Shown here: one piece after another, positions 40,424 through 48,111 of the stretch | Layout of the letters: each line of letters begins with the position of its first letter | Numbering within the stretch: the stretch's first letter is position 1 | Virus record (IMG/VR): IMGVR_UViG_3300042013_000063 | Source of the DNA: an uncultured virus (IMG/VR IMGVR_UViG_3300042013_000063) | Lineage: Duplodnaviria; Heunggongvirae; Uroviricota; Caudoviricetes | Length of the DNA stretch: 64,000 nt | Strand: one strand, 5' to 3' | Notes under the pieces: generated by a model | Database searches by the model: none | What the model saw: the letters and a program-made list of their open reading frames with translations, nothing else | What the model was told of the DNA's origin: nothing | Position numbers and translations under genes: made by a program

Positions 40424-40881
40424 AACGCGGCTCACATGTCGGTGACCGCGGGTTTGGACTGCACATCTTCGAGAAGGGGTATCTGCCCCTGATCGACAAA
40501 GTACTCTCAGAGGCTACCAAGCCTCTGAGTAGTTTAGCTGCCGCTATCGTCATCCAAGAGATTTACGATGAGGAGACCGGCATCTACGAAACCAGTACGG
40601 TGTCAGAAGGACAGTTTGCATTGGTGTCGCTCCACGAGGCTGAAGACATGTCTCTGGCTGACCCCTATGACCGGGAGTTGGACAAGTACCTGAACGCTAA
40701 CGTGCTCAAGTACACAGGGACCACGTGGGACAAGTTCTTAGAACTCCCGCGTGACAAGTGTGAGAAGCTGTTGTTACGGTGCGATGCCTTGGCTAACAAG
40801 GAAGCAGAAGAAGCGGAGGCTGCTATGCAGCCAGTCCGTGACAAGATGCCGACTAAGTCCAAGCCTTACAAGCGTCGTTGA
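40363..40881 (+). CDS. -1 frame extension of upstream gene (putative frameshift product)
   Basis: Frame open 40315-40881 with no ATG/GTG/TTG until 40600; entered by a -1 slip at T TTT TTT 40363-40369. Confidence 0.6.
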   Translation, partial: FFYPSRVENQTDRRRGRRSIERGSHVGDRGFGLHIFEKGYLPLIDKVLSEATKPLSSLAAAIVIQEIYDEETGIYETSTVSEGQFALVSLHEAEDMSLADPYDRELDKYLNANVLKYTGTTWDKFLELPRDKCEKLLLRCDALANKEAEEAEAAMQPVRDKMPTKSKPYKRR

Positions 40882-40889
40882 TAACCCGA

Positions 40890-40919
40890 GAGCTGTGTCT
40901 TCGGGCACAGCTCTTTATT
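40890..40919 (+). terminator. intrinsic terminator
   Basis: AGAGCTGTGTC-TTCG-GGCACAGCTCT then TTATT. Confidence 0.75.
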
Positions 40920-40932
40920 CAGGACAACCACC

Positions 40933-41382
40933 ATGTCAATGATTGAAGTACAGGCCGGTATCCTGGACGTCAAGGCTAACACTCGCGTCTGTACCATTAA
41001 CTTGGTGGGGGCTGCTGGTGCTGGGGTAGCCAAAGAGTTCAGGAACAATGTGCCAGGTTGGTACACGCACTACAAGAAGATGTACTCCAAGATTACTCCT
41101 GACCAGTTCATCGTGTACAAGTTCGAGGGAGAGATCCACTTGATGGTACCCACGAAGATTGACTGGAAGGAAGATTCACCCAGAGACCTCGTGATGGCTA
41201 ACTTGGAGAAGCTGGCCAAGATAACGCGAGATAACCCTGCGTTCGGCGTCATTGCTCTTCCAGCATTCGGCTGTGGGAATGGCGGACTGAACTACTATTC
41301 TGATATTCGAAAACATTATGTTCGTTTATTTGAGAACCATCCACGAGAATTCATTGTCACCTTAGGGAGATATACACGATGA
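40933..41382 (+). CDS. macro-domain protein (ADP-ribose binding/hydrolase)
   Basis: CTINLVGAAGAGVAKEF, PTKIDW and IALPAFGCGNGGL macro-domain motifs. Confidence 0.88.
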   Translation: MSMIEVQAGILDVKANTRVCTINLVGAAGAGVAKEFRNNVPGWYTHYKKMYSKITPDQFIVYKFEGEIHLMVPTKIDWKEDSPRDLVMANLEKLAKITRDNPAFGVIALPAFGCGNGGLNYYSDIRKHYVRLFENHPREFIVTLGRYTR

Positions 41383-42572
41383 TGCGCACCCACGGTAATG
41401 ACCCGCTTGACCAGATCCTGAACGGCTTCCACAACCTGTCCACGGGGCTGCGTACCATTGCTCAGAACCCTGCCCTGCCAGAGATGGTCCGCAGTGAGTT
41501 CAACGCCTTAGCCGATTCGGCCATGGTCGTGATTGGTCCTGTGCACACCATGCGTTATAACGCCGTCATGGACGGTGTAGGTCCTCGGTCAACGGCCCTC
41601 CGTGATGCGGTACATTGGTTGAAAGTCCCTGTAGAGGGTATTGACTTCAATCGACTGGCGCCCAAGGCGACTTTCGATTGGCAGGCGCACGTAGAAAACG
41701 CTGACGACCACGAACTGTTCATGCGCTCATGGTCACAGTTCTTCTACACGCAATACCCGCTGGAGTTCTTCAGTGACGAAGACTGCACCATTAAGGTCCA
41801 GTACGTGGTCGATGGCTATAGCTTCGAAGTCATTGCGTACGCTCAGCTAACGACACTGGAACCAGGTGACCCTCTGCCCGAGCTGGTATGGATCAAAGAG
41901 ATCCAGGTCTCGTACCGGCCAAAAGAAGAGTTCTGGCGCGGGTTTGTCACGATCACCCGTGGTGGCGCGATGTTCCGCGAGAAGCCTTGTTCCGATGTCC
42001 ACATCACCCACAACGTCGAAGGTGTGATGTTCACAGCCGAAATGAAAGGCGTTGTTCCTTTCATGACCGACTATGTGATCAGTCCGTTGGTGAGCCGTCT
42101 TGGGTATTGCTTTAAGGACTACAGTCTCGCTGGTGAAGCTGGGTTCCGTGACAATCTGAAAGGGTTCATGGAAGACATTGCAGGCGGCTATCCGGAGCAT
42201 TGTGTGATCGCTGCGAAGAACCACATCGTGCGGGCTTGCAGCAACTCTGGTCATGCCAAAGGGCTGGTCATTGAGGTCCCTGACGTGGGCGAGGTCAACG
42301 TCATCCTCGGTAACACAGACTGGTGGGACTTCGAGAAATACGAGGCGAAGATCAAAGAGTACCACTGGCACCGCGACATGCCACTGTTCAAGATCAACTA
42401 CATCAAAGTAGCCGGCGTTGACGTTAGTGGTCGTCGCCTACCTACCGCATGGAACCATCGGATCAGTGAAGCGATCTACGAAGCCATGAAGAAGGTCTGC
42501 ACTGACGCTACCTGGTGGCCGAAGTCTCCTGAGCAGCTTGCTATTGAGAAGGCTGCAAAAGAAGAGAGCTGA
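41379..42572 (+). CDS. hypothetical protein
   Basis: 397 aa; coupled to macro-domain gene; GGGAG RBS. Confidence 0.8.
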   Translation: MMRTHGNDPLDQILNGFHNLSTGLRTIAQNPALPEMVRSEFNALADSAMVVIGPVHTMRYNAVMDGVGPRSTALRDAVHWLKVPVEGIDFNRLAPKATFDWQAHVENADDHELFMRSWSQFFYTQYPLEFFSDEDCTIKVQYVVDGYSFEVIAYAQLTTLEPGDPLPELVWIKEIQVSYRPKEEFWRGFVTITRGGAMFREKPCSDVHITHNVEGVMFTAEMKGVVPFMTDYVISPLVSRLGYCFKDYSLAGEAGFRDNLKGFMEDIAGGYPEHCVIAAKNHIVRACSNSGHAKGLVIEVPDVGEVNVILGNTDWWDFEKYEAKIKEYHWHRDMPLFKINYIKVAGVDVSGRRLPTAWNHRISEAIYEAMKKVCTDATWWPKSPEQLAIEKAAKEES

Positions 42573-42578
42573 GGATAA

Positions 42579-42624
42579 GAGACTAGGCAGGGGCTGATGC
42601 CCCTGCCTAGTCTCCTTTCTATTT
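42579..42624 (+). terminator. intrinsic terminator
   Basis: GAGACTAGGCAGGGGC-TGAT-GCCCCTGCCTAGTCTC then T-rich tract. Confidence 0.8.
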
Positions 42625-42645
42625 GGTTATAATTTATTTGAGGCC

Positions 42646-42663
42646 TACATTATCTGAGTAGAT
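42646..42663 (+). promoter_or_regulatory. putative early promoter TACATTAT
   Basis: TTTATTT-GAGGCC-TACATTAT. Confidence 0.7.
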
Positions 42664-42729
42664 GAGCGTCGTCGTTTGTCTCTTATGCCTAAAAGCCAAT
42701 ACCGGCTGGGGCTATTAAGGAATACCCTC

Positions 42730-43815
42730 ATGATTAACCACACGTACCCGATAGCAGTGTCTCCTGAAATCATCATGATCTCCGAGCGTAACTGGGATAT
42801 CCGTGCCATGGATAACCACATGGTGAAGCACGAGCGCATCCCCAGTACCAACCTGCCTAACCTCGAACTGGAATACGTCGCTGAGGATGGTACTACGGCC
42901 CATGTCCGGTTCAGGGTCGATCTCAAGAACTGTCAGTTTGGTGAGACCAAAAGCCTCTGGCCGTTTAACTTCGAAGAGAAGGTCCTGAAGTTTGCCGCAC
43001 GTGTGGGTAAAGAACTAGGGTTCACGTTACCTGACCACCCCACCGCCACCAGAACACGCTCCAATAAGGCAGCAATCAAGAACCTGATGTTCGCACTGTT
43101 TGATCCATGGTCGAACATGCACAACATCCTGAGCCCTGTTGCTTCGCCGAACATCATCAGGTCTCGCCTGCCGACCACGAAGTTCGCATCGTGGAACTAC
43201 CGGGAAAAGCCATACCCGTGGTTTAAAGACAAGGCGATCTACGGCGTCTGTGGTCACTTCCGTCTAGGTACCCAGATTGGCTTCTTCGTGATCGACTCCC
43301 TGGTGGGTGCGATCCGCGATGGCAATCGTCCTGACAGTGATTACGGGATCAACGACACTCACCGTCTGCTTGAGCAACACCGTATGCACATCCTGAGCTG
43401 CTGGCCGTTTGCACAGCAACTGGGACTGGAGATGGAGCTGGCTAAGCGCCCTTGTGCCAATCTCCTGGAACTGAACGACTACGCTGCCGAGGTGTTCTAC
43501 CACACCGCGTTGGCCAATGGTGATCTGGAGAAGGTCGTTAACCGCAACCCTACCGTGCGTCCAGCTTGGGGTGTGGCCCCGAAAGAACGGTGGGAGAACA
43601 TGACTGTTCATGCGATCATGCGCTACTTCATGCACGATGGTCTCGAAGTCCCTCGCTTCCTTGCCCTACTGGCTCGGGAGAACGTCCCTTACACCACGAC
43701 CTTGGAAGTGGATGTCATGGGTAACGACAGTGTAGGGATTTTCTTGAAGGGTAACGCTGATCCCCTGATGACCCTCACTCGTCCAAGCCGTGCAGTGGAG
43801 AACGACAATGATTGA
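42730..43815 (+). CDS. hypothetical protein
   Basis: AAGGA RBS before ATG 42730. Confidence 0.8.
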   Translation: MINHTYPIAVSPEIIMISERNWDIRAMDNHMVKHERIPSTNLPNLELEYVAEDGTTAHVRFRVDLKNCQFGETKSLWPFNFEEKVLKFAARVGKELGFTLPDHPTATRTRSNKAAIKNLMFALFDPWSNMHNILSPVASPNIIRSRLPTTKFASWNYREKPYPWFKDKAIYGVCGHFRLGTQIGFFVIDSLVGAIRDGNRPDSDYGINDTHRLLEQHRMHILSCWPFAQQLGLEMELAKRPCANLLELNDYAAEVFYHTALANGDLEKVVNRNPTVRPAWGVAPKERWENMTVHAIMRYFMHDGLEVPRFLALLARENVPYTTTLEVDVMGNDSVGIFLKGNADPLMTLTRPSRAVENDND

Positions 43816-44344
43816 TTGGAAGTATCTGTTCATGAAAGCCGCTGCGGTCTTGGGTTACACCCAGGGGTACAACAAAACGTTCCCGATGGGGTACAAGAAA
43901 GGTATCGAGGAAGGTAAAGCCGAAGCTCGCATCCTCGTGACCCTCTTGAAGACCTACGGTTCGTTTGACGCTATCCCTACGGCAGCGATCCACGACTGCA
44001 TGCCAACCATGGGTCATCACATAGCCAACCAGCAACGCGTCAAGAAGGCTGCTATCAAGCTTCAGGCGATGCTGGAAGAACTGGAGATGCCGTACATCAA
44101 CAACACGGTCGACATCGTTCTCCAGTACTTGGAAAACGACCCCAAGATCTCCGACGAGAACTGTGAGCGCATCACGGCAATCGTCGACAGTAACTCATGT
44201 TTCGGCGGGTTGATCTCTCTCGCCGAGAAGGTAGACCATTTAGACGTAGAGCTCTTCATGCTTAAACTTCGGGAGCCTCTTCCGAATCCGCATTTGAACG
44301 AGTACTACGCCTGCCTGAAAGACGAGTACTTCGTCGTCAAGTAA
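43808..44344 (+). CDS. hypothetical protein
   Basis: GGAG RBS before ATG 43808. Confidence 0.75.
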   Translation: MIDWKYLFMKAAAVLGYTQGYNKTFPMGYKKGIEEGKAEARILVTLLKTYGSFDAIPTAAIHDCMPTMGHHIANQQRVKKAAIKLQAMLEELEMPYINNTVDIVLQYLENDPKISDENCERITAIVDSNSCFGGLISLAEKVDHLDVELFMLKLREPLPNPHLNEYYACLKDEYFVVK

Positions 44345-44460
44345 GGTGAAAGAATTCATCGCTTCGGCGATGGATACAACCGGGAGCAATCCCAATACCA
44401 ACTCGACCTGTAACGTAAGTCTCATTACCGAGCAGCCAGGTCACCGATAGAGAATCTATC
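44345..44460 (+). promoter_or_regulatory. candidate structured cis-regulatory RNA
   Basis: UUCG- and GCAA-capped hairpins plus further stems; see findings. Confidence 0.45.
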
Positions 44461-45354
44461 ATGATGACTAGCAACCAACGCGCAAGCGCTCGCCGCAACC
44501 TGTTCACCTCCAATGAGCTGTCCCTCCTGCTTGGGTTGGATGGGCTGACTTACTTATTGGAAAGTGAGGGTTCCAATACTCTCCCGGCTCGGGAGATGTT
44601 TGAGGATCAGATCACCTGGAAAACCAAGGACATCATTCGTTGGGCGACCATGAAGGATAACTACGACTTCGTCAAAGATATCGTTGACGTTGACGACTAT
44701 GCCAAGGTAGAACTCTGCCCTGACACCTTCCGGACGGCTAACATTGCTGACCTCCCGAACTTCGGGTTCCAGGCGATTGCTCGTGGACATCTGACCCCAT
44801 GTACTTTGGTCTTCCATATCCGTGAGCAGGCGAAATCAATGCGCGTTATGCACAGCGCACACCGCAAGTTTGTTGTCGGCATGTTGGCTCACAAACTCGA
44901 AAGAGAGTTGCGGGCTGACTACGTCGTAGATGCGGAAAAGATCCGTATGGCTGTTTCCGAGGCCTTGAGCTGGTCGTATGGGAACAACAATGGGATCTGG
45001 ATGGAGCTGGGTGCCACCAGCAAGCGTATTACACTGCGGCTGCCTAACCGCGTCTGCTTCCGTAAAATGCAGGGTGACGTGATTGGTGGTGCTGACATCC
45101 GTGCGGCGATGAAAGGAATTGCAACGATGGGCAAGGTGCGGATTCCGTTCGCACTCGACCACGGTTGCAAAGAGGTGGACGTGAAGAAGTATTTGATTAG
45201 CGCTCCAAACGCAGCAGAGCACATCCGCAAGATCCTCGTCACGTGTGTTGAAGACTACGGAATCAGTACCGTAGAGGTAGACTTCGATGACGACTTCAGC
45301 GTGGGTGTAGACCCTGTTGTCTTTCGCCGTCGTGCATTTGGCCAAGATTCTTAA
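44461..45354 (+). CDS. hypothetical protein
   Basis: 297-aa ORF. Confidence 0.8.
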   Translation: MMTSNQRASARRNLFTSNELSLLLGLDGLTYLLESEGSNTLPAREMFEDQITWKTKDIIRWATMKDNYDFVKDIVDVDDYAKVELCPDTFRTANIADLPNFGFQAIARGHLTPCTLVFHIREQAKSMRVMHSAHRKFVVGMLAHKLERELRADYVVDAEKIRMAVSEALSWSYGNNNGIWMELGATSKRITLRLPNRVCFRKMQGDVIGGADIRAAMKGIATMGKVRIPFALDHGCKEVDVKKYLISAPNAAEHIRKILVTCVEDYGISTVEVDFDDDFSVGVDPVVFRRRAFGQDS

Positions 45355-45365
45355 GCCATAAAAAG

Positions 45366-45399
45366 AGATCAGCGGGAGGGCCAACCCCCGCTGATCTTT
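45366..45399. terminator. putative terminator hairpin
   Basis: AGATCAGCGGGAG...CCCCGCTGATCT. Confidence 0.6.
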
Positions 45400-45427
45400 C
45401 CAACCCATTTGAAGATAGGCACCCATT

Positions 45428-46036
45428 GTGGAATTGAAAGAACTGTCCCGCCAGATCAAAGAGTACCGCGCTTACACCAAGATGAATAAGCAGCTGTTCA
45501 GCAAACTCATCGGCGCCAGTGCCAAAACCCTGACCCGCCTCGAAGACGGTGGTCATATTCTCGTTGAGACGCGTCAAGTGTTCATTAACGCGCTCAACAA
45601 CAAAACGCTGCACCCCGGTATGATCCAGTTAGCCACCAATGGACGTGCTCTTAAGGGCGATGCTGTAGAGTCTGCGTTCGCTAAGCTGAACCTCCCGCTG
45701 CCCCTGAGCATCGAGCTGACTAATCTCATTGAGACAGCCAAGCGCTATCAGCGCCTCATCGTGGCCTGGGGTAAAACGAACGGTCGTCCAACGATGGCTA
45801 ACCGTATGTTCAAGGTAACATCGCAACTCGTGGTGGAACTGGAACGCCCTAACTCTAACGTGCCCAAACAGCGTCATTGCATGATGCTCGGTATGGTGCA
45901 AGGCTTCATGATCAAGGAAGGGGTGATCACGCTCGACGAAGCATTCGACGACCAGAATACGTTGTACTATGTTGACCAATCACCTAAAAAGGGAGCTTCA
46001 CATGAACCGGTTAGCCCATCGCGACAAGCCAGCTAA
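45428..46036 (+). CDS. XRE-like helix-turn-helix protein with additional C-terminal domain
   Basis: IKEYR...MNKQLFSKLIGASAKTLTRLEDG fits the XRE HTH pattern. Confidence 0.7.
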   Translation: MELKELSRQIKEYRAYTKMNKQLFSKLIGASAKTLTRLEDGGHILVETRQVFINALNNKTLHPGMIQLATNGRALKGDAVESAFAKLNLPLPLSIELTNLIETAKRYQRLIVAWGKTNGRPTMANRMFKVTSQLVVELERPNSNVPKQRHCMMLGMVQGFMIKEGVITLDEAFDDQNTLYYVDQSPKKGASHEPVSPSRQAS

Positions 46037-46511
46037 ACAATTCATCGCTTACATCCCGGCTGCTAACGTAGCCAAGATCAAAGAACCTTCGATCGTGATC
46101 TCGATCAAGGGTGCCCATAACGAACGCCCTGAGATCAACACTCAGAAGCACCACGTCTTCAAGCTGGACTTCGACGTCGGTGACTGGGCGGTTGAATGTG
46201 GCAAGAACCTGCAAGAGCAGCAGGTCATTGATCTACTGACGTTCCTTGAGACTCACAAGGACTCTGGTCGTGATGTGTACGTCCACTGCACTGAAGGGCG
46301 TATCCGCTCTTACAGCGTGGCGACTGTGCTGCGTCAGGAAGGTATGTTCATGAGCGCGCGTGGCAACCCGTTGCTGGGTCCAGGCGGTTGCTTGGATCGT
46401 CCTACCTGCAACACCATGAACGAGTACTTCGAGAAACTTGAGAAGCTTGCCGAAGACAAGTCCGAAGAAGTCGCCAGTACCGGTGCAGTCGAACACGTCT
46501 ACACTCAGTAA
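46002..46511 (+). CDS. PTP/dual-specificity-like cysteine phosphatase
   Basis: VYVHCTEGRIRS (HCxxGxxRS) P-loop; upstream FD; GGGAG RBS before ATG 46002. Confidence 0.85.
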   Translation: MNRLAHRDKPAKQFIAYIPAANVAKIKEPSIVISIKGAHNERPEINTQKHHVFKLDFDVGDWAVECGKNLQEQQVIDLLTFLETHKDSGRDVYVHCTEGRIRSYSVATVLRQEGMFMSARGNPLLGPGGCLDRPTCNTMNEYFEKLEKLAEDKSEEVASTGAVEHVYTQ

Positions 46512-46517
46512 GCGTCA

Positions 46518-46556
46518 GCAGGAGAGGGGCAACCCTCTCCTGCATTCCTTTTCTTT
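46518..46556 (+). terminator. intrinsic terminator
   Basis: GCAGGAGAGGG-GCAA-CCCTCTCCTGC then T-rich tract. Confidence 0.8.
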
Positions 46557-46585
46557 GGCCTAAAATCGTAATAAAATCCATACCC

Positions 46586-46598
46586 TACATCAATATGT
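46586..46598 (+). promoter_or_regulatory. putative promoter (variant TACATCAA) for RNA cluster
   Basis: AATAAAAT-CCATACCC-TACATCAA, same spacing as other early-type motifs; also contains TATG. Confidence 0.5.
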
Positions 46599-46666
46599 GG
46601 GAGCAGTTCGTGTTACTCCATTCCTTGTGGTTGTAAGCATAAAACGTGACGAGCATGCGTCCCACA
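46596..46666 (+). ncRNA. candidate structured RNA 1 (long bulged hairpin)
   Basis: TGTGGGA/TCCCACA, GCA/TGC and GTTCGT/ACGAGC nested stems. Confidence 0.5.
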
Positions 46667-46680
46667 CATCTTCCTGAACC

Positions 46681-46790
46681 GGGAGCGGTACCGAGAGAAG
46701 GCTTCATCTACCTGTGACAATCGAGCCCTACCCGTCGGCCTCATTGATTGTCCTCTTGGCTATCGCTCCCACCTATTCCGTGGTGAGCTT
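46681..46790 (+). ncRNA. candidate structured RNA 2 (rod with large bulge)
   Basis: GGGAGCGGTA/TATCGCTCCC, CCGAGAG/CTCTTGG, GACAATCGA/TTGATTGTC and GCC/GGC nested stems with several G-U pairs. Confidence 0.55.
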
Positions 46791-46815
46791 TATGGTACCT
46801 GTAGGCTTGAGTAAA

Positions 46816-46950
46816 ATGGACCTCAGCAAAGTCAAGCCGAAGTCCCGTGAAGAACACCGCAAGACTCTGGACCAATGGTTCGCGAGTCAGCGCGAGCTTG
46901 AAAGGATCTGTAAGGAGCAGGGCATCCCCGTTCCGATCATGGTCTGTTGA
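46816..46950 (+). CDS. small hypothetical protein (44 aa)
   Basis: ATG 46816 in ORF 46714..46950; phage-like codon usage only from this ATG. Confidence 0.5.
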   Translation: MDLSKVKPKSREEHRKTLDQWFASQRELERICKEQGIPVPIMVC

Positions 46951-46956
46951 TTTATG

Positions 46957-47057
46957 GCGGGGTTAACTCAATTGGATAGAGTACTGCCAGTAACCGTCCT
47001 GTCCCCATCAGACGGTGACCGCGGGAGATGCCGGTTCGAATCCGGTGCCCTTCCCCA
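46957..47057 (+). ncRNA. tRNA-like RNA with extended anticodon arm
   Basis: Canonical D arm (TA-ACTC-AATTGGATA-GAGT), T arm (GCCGG-TTCGAAT-CCGGT), imperfect acceptor stem and encoded CCA; anticodon arm ~24 nt too long. Confidence 0.7.
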
Positions 47058-47059
47058 CT

Positions 47060-47206
47060 ACACGTCCCTCGGTGTGCACGCCCTGGGAAGCGACTTTGTC
47101 GAGGTTCATCCGATAAAGCTACGCAGTGTTACCTGATGGACTACCATACGACCTCCTCATGGAGACGTGGTACGTGACTTTGTTGGTAGAACAGTAACCC
47201 GCACAA
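47060..47206 (+). ncRNA. candidate structured RNA 4 (multibranch)
   Basis: CTTTGTCG/CGATAAAG, GTTAC/GTAAC, CTACCA/TGGTAG and CTCC/GGAG stems. Confidence 0.45.
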
Positions 47207-47215
47207 AGCCTCTGT

Positions 47216-47257
47216 ATCCTCCTCCCGAAAGGGAGGAGGATGTATGCCCTCTTCTTT
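47216..47257 (+). terminator. terminator closing the RNA cluster
   Basis: ATCCTCCTCCC-GAAA-GGGAGGAGGAT then GTATGCCC and pyrimidine tract. Confidence 0.75.
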
Positions 47258-47275
47258 AACCATTAGGAGCAACAC

Positions 47276-47554
47276 ATGGTCATCCCGGACAACGCACTAA
47301 TCCTCAATGGCAAGGTTATTGCCATCTTAGAAGAGAGTTCTGCTGCTAGCCTTATTGAGTTGGCGGACGGAGGTAACCAACCGGGTATGCAATACTGCGG
47401 TCTGGAGATCCCTCTGCGCCGTAATGATGACACCATTGACAGACAACCTATCAATCACCGCGCAGATGCTGAGACCCCTGTCAGCAAACGTGAGGTAAAG
47501 TTGACGATTGAGTTCACTCGCCGGGGTGAAACCAAGTTCGTAGTCGACCGCTAA
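47276..47554 (+). CDS. hypothetical protein
   Basis: AGGAG RBS; 92 aa. Confidence 0.7.
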   Translation: MVIPDNALILNGKVIAILEESSAASLIELADGGNQPGMQYCGLEIPLRRNDDTIDRQPINHRADAETPVSKREVKLTIEFTRRGETKFVVDR

Positions 47555-47575
47555 GATCCCACTTTATTTCGATCC

Positions 47576-47593
47576 TACATTACTCGGGTGATG
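47576..47593 (+). promoter_or_regulatory. putative early promoter TACATTAC
   Basis: ACTTTATTTC-GATCC-TACATTAC...GTGAT. Confidence 0.7.
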
Positions 47594-47636
47594 TAACCTA
47601 CAAGGATACACTTTACCTAAGTCAAGGGGACTTGAG

Positions 47637-48059
47637 ATGAATGCTTTAGAGTTTGCACGTGCGTACTTCAACTTCTGTGGAGACATCGGGGAAAGACCCG
47701 AGCATGTAATTGTTTCTGCGGGAGGTGCGCTACTGATGCTTGGGCTGCGTGATGAGACTGATGACTTGGACTTGGACGTACGTCAGATTGTGTACGCCGC
47801 TTTGTCCACGCGTCTGGGTCATAGCAAGCAACGTCGTTCTAGCCATGGTACTTACCTGGACTATACCGACAAGATCAGCCTGCACGTGACACCAGCTCGC
47901 ATCACGACTCAGGTGGTTAATGGGGTCACCCTGTATTCCATCAATGACTTGATCAAGCAGAAAGAGAAGTTGGCCAAAGCTCCTGATCGTAAACCTGAAA
48001 AGGCAGAACAGGATCGTAAAGACATCGAAGCCCTTATGAAGCTTCAGCTCCAGCACTAA
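47637..48059 (+). CDS. minimal Pol-beta-superfamily nucleotidyltransferase-like protein
   Basis: SAGGALLMLGLRDETDDLDL (GG..R.T.DxD) and C-terminal K...R..K...D..DI motif. Confidence 0.75.
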   Translation: MNALEFARAYFNFCGDIGERPEHVIVSAGGALLMLGLRDETDDLDLDVRQIVYAALSTRLGHSKQRRSSHGTYLDYTDKISLHVTPARITTQVVNGVTLYSINDLIKQKEKLAKAPDRKPEKAEQDRKDIEALMKLQLQH

Positions 48060-48111
48060 CCAATAGAAAGGGTGAGACATGAGTCTCACCCGACCATCCA
48101 AGGGGATAACA

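Noticed and set aside
46957..47057. Functional tRNA-Gly(CCC)
   Set aside because: Acceptor mismatch, C discriminator, no U33 and an over-long anticodon arm; kept as tRNA-like ncRNA.
47044..47135. HDV-like (theta) ribozyme directly 3' of the tRNA-like RNA
   Set aside because: A CAC-GTCCCTCG-GTG loop followed by GGG is suggestive, but I could not build a proper P1 helix or J4/2 strand; not called, though a covariance-model search is worthwhile.
46714..47136. ORFs 46714..46950 (full length) and 46954..47136
   Set aside because: They overlap structured RNA and tRNA-like elements; only the 44-aa portion from 46816 looks coding.
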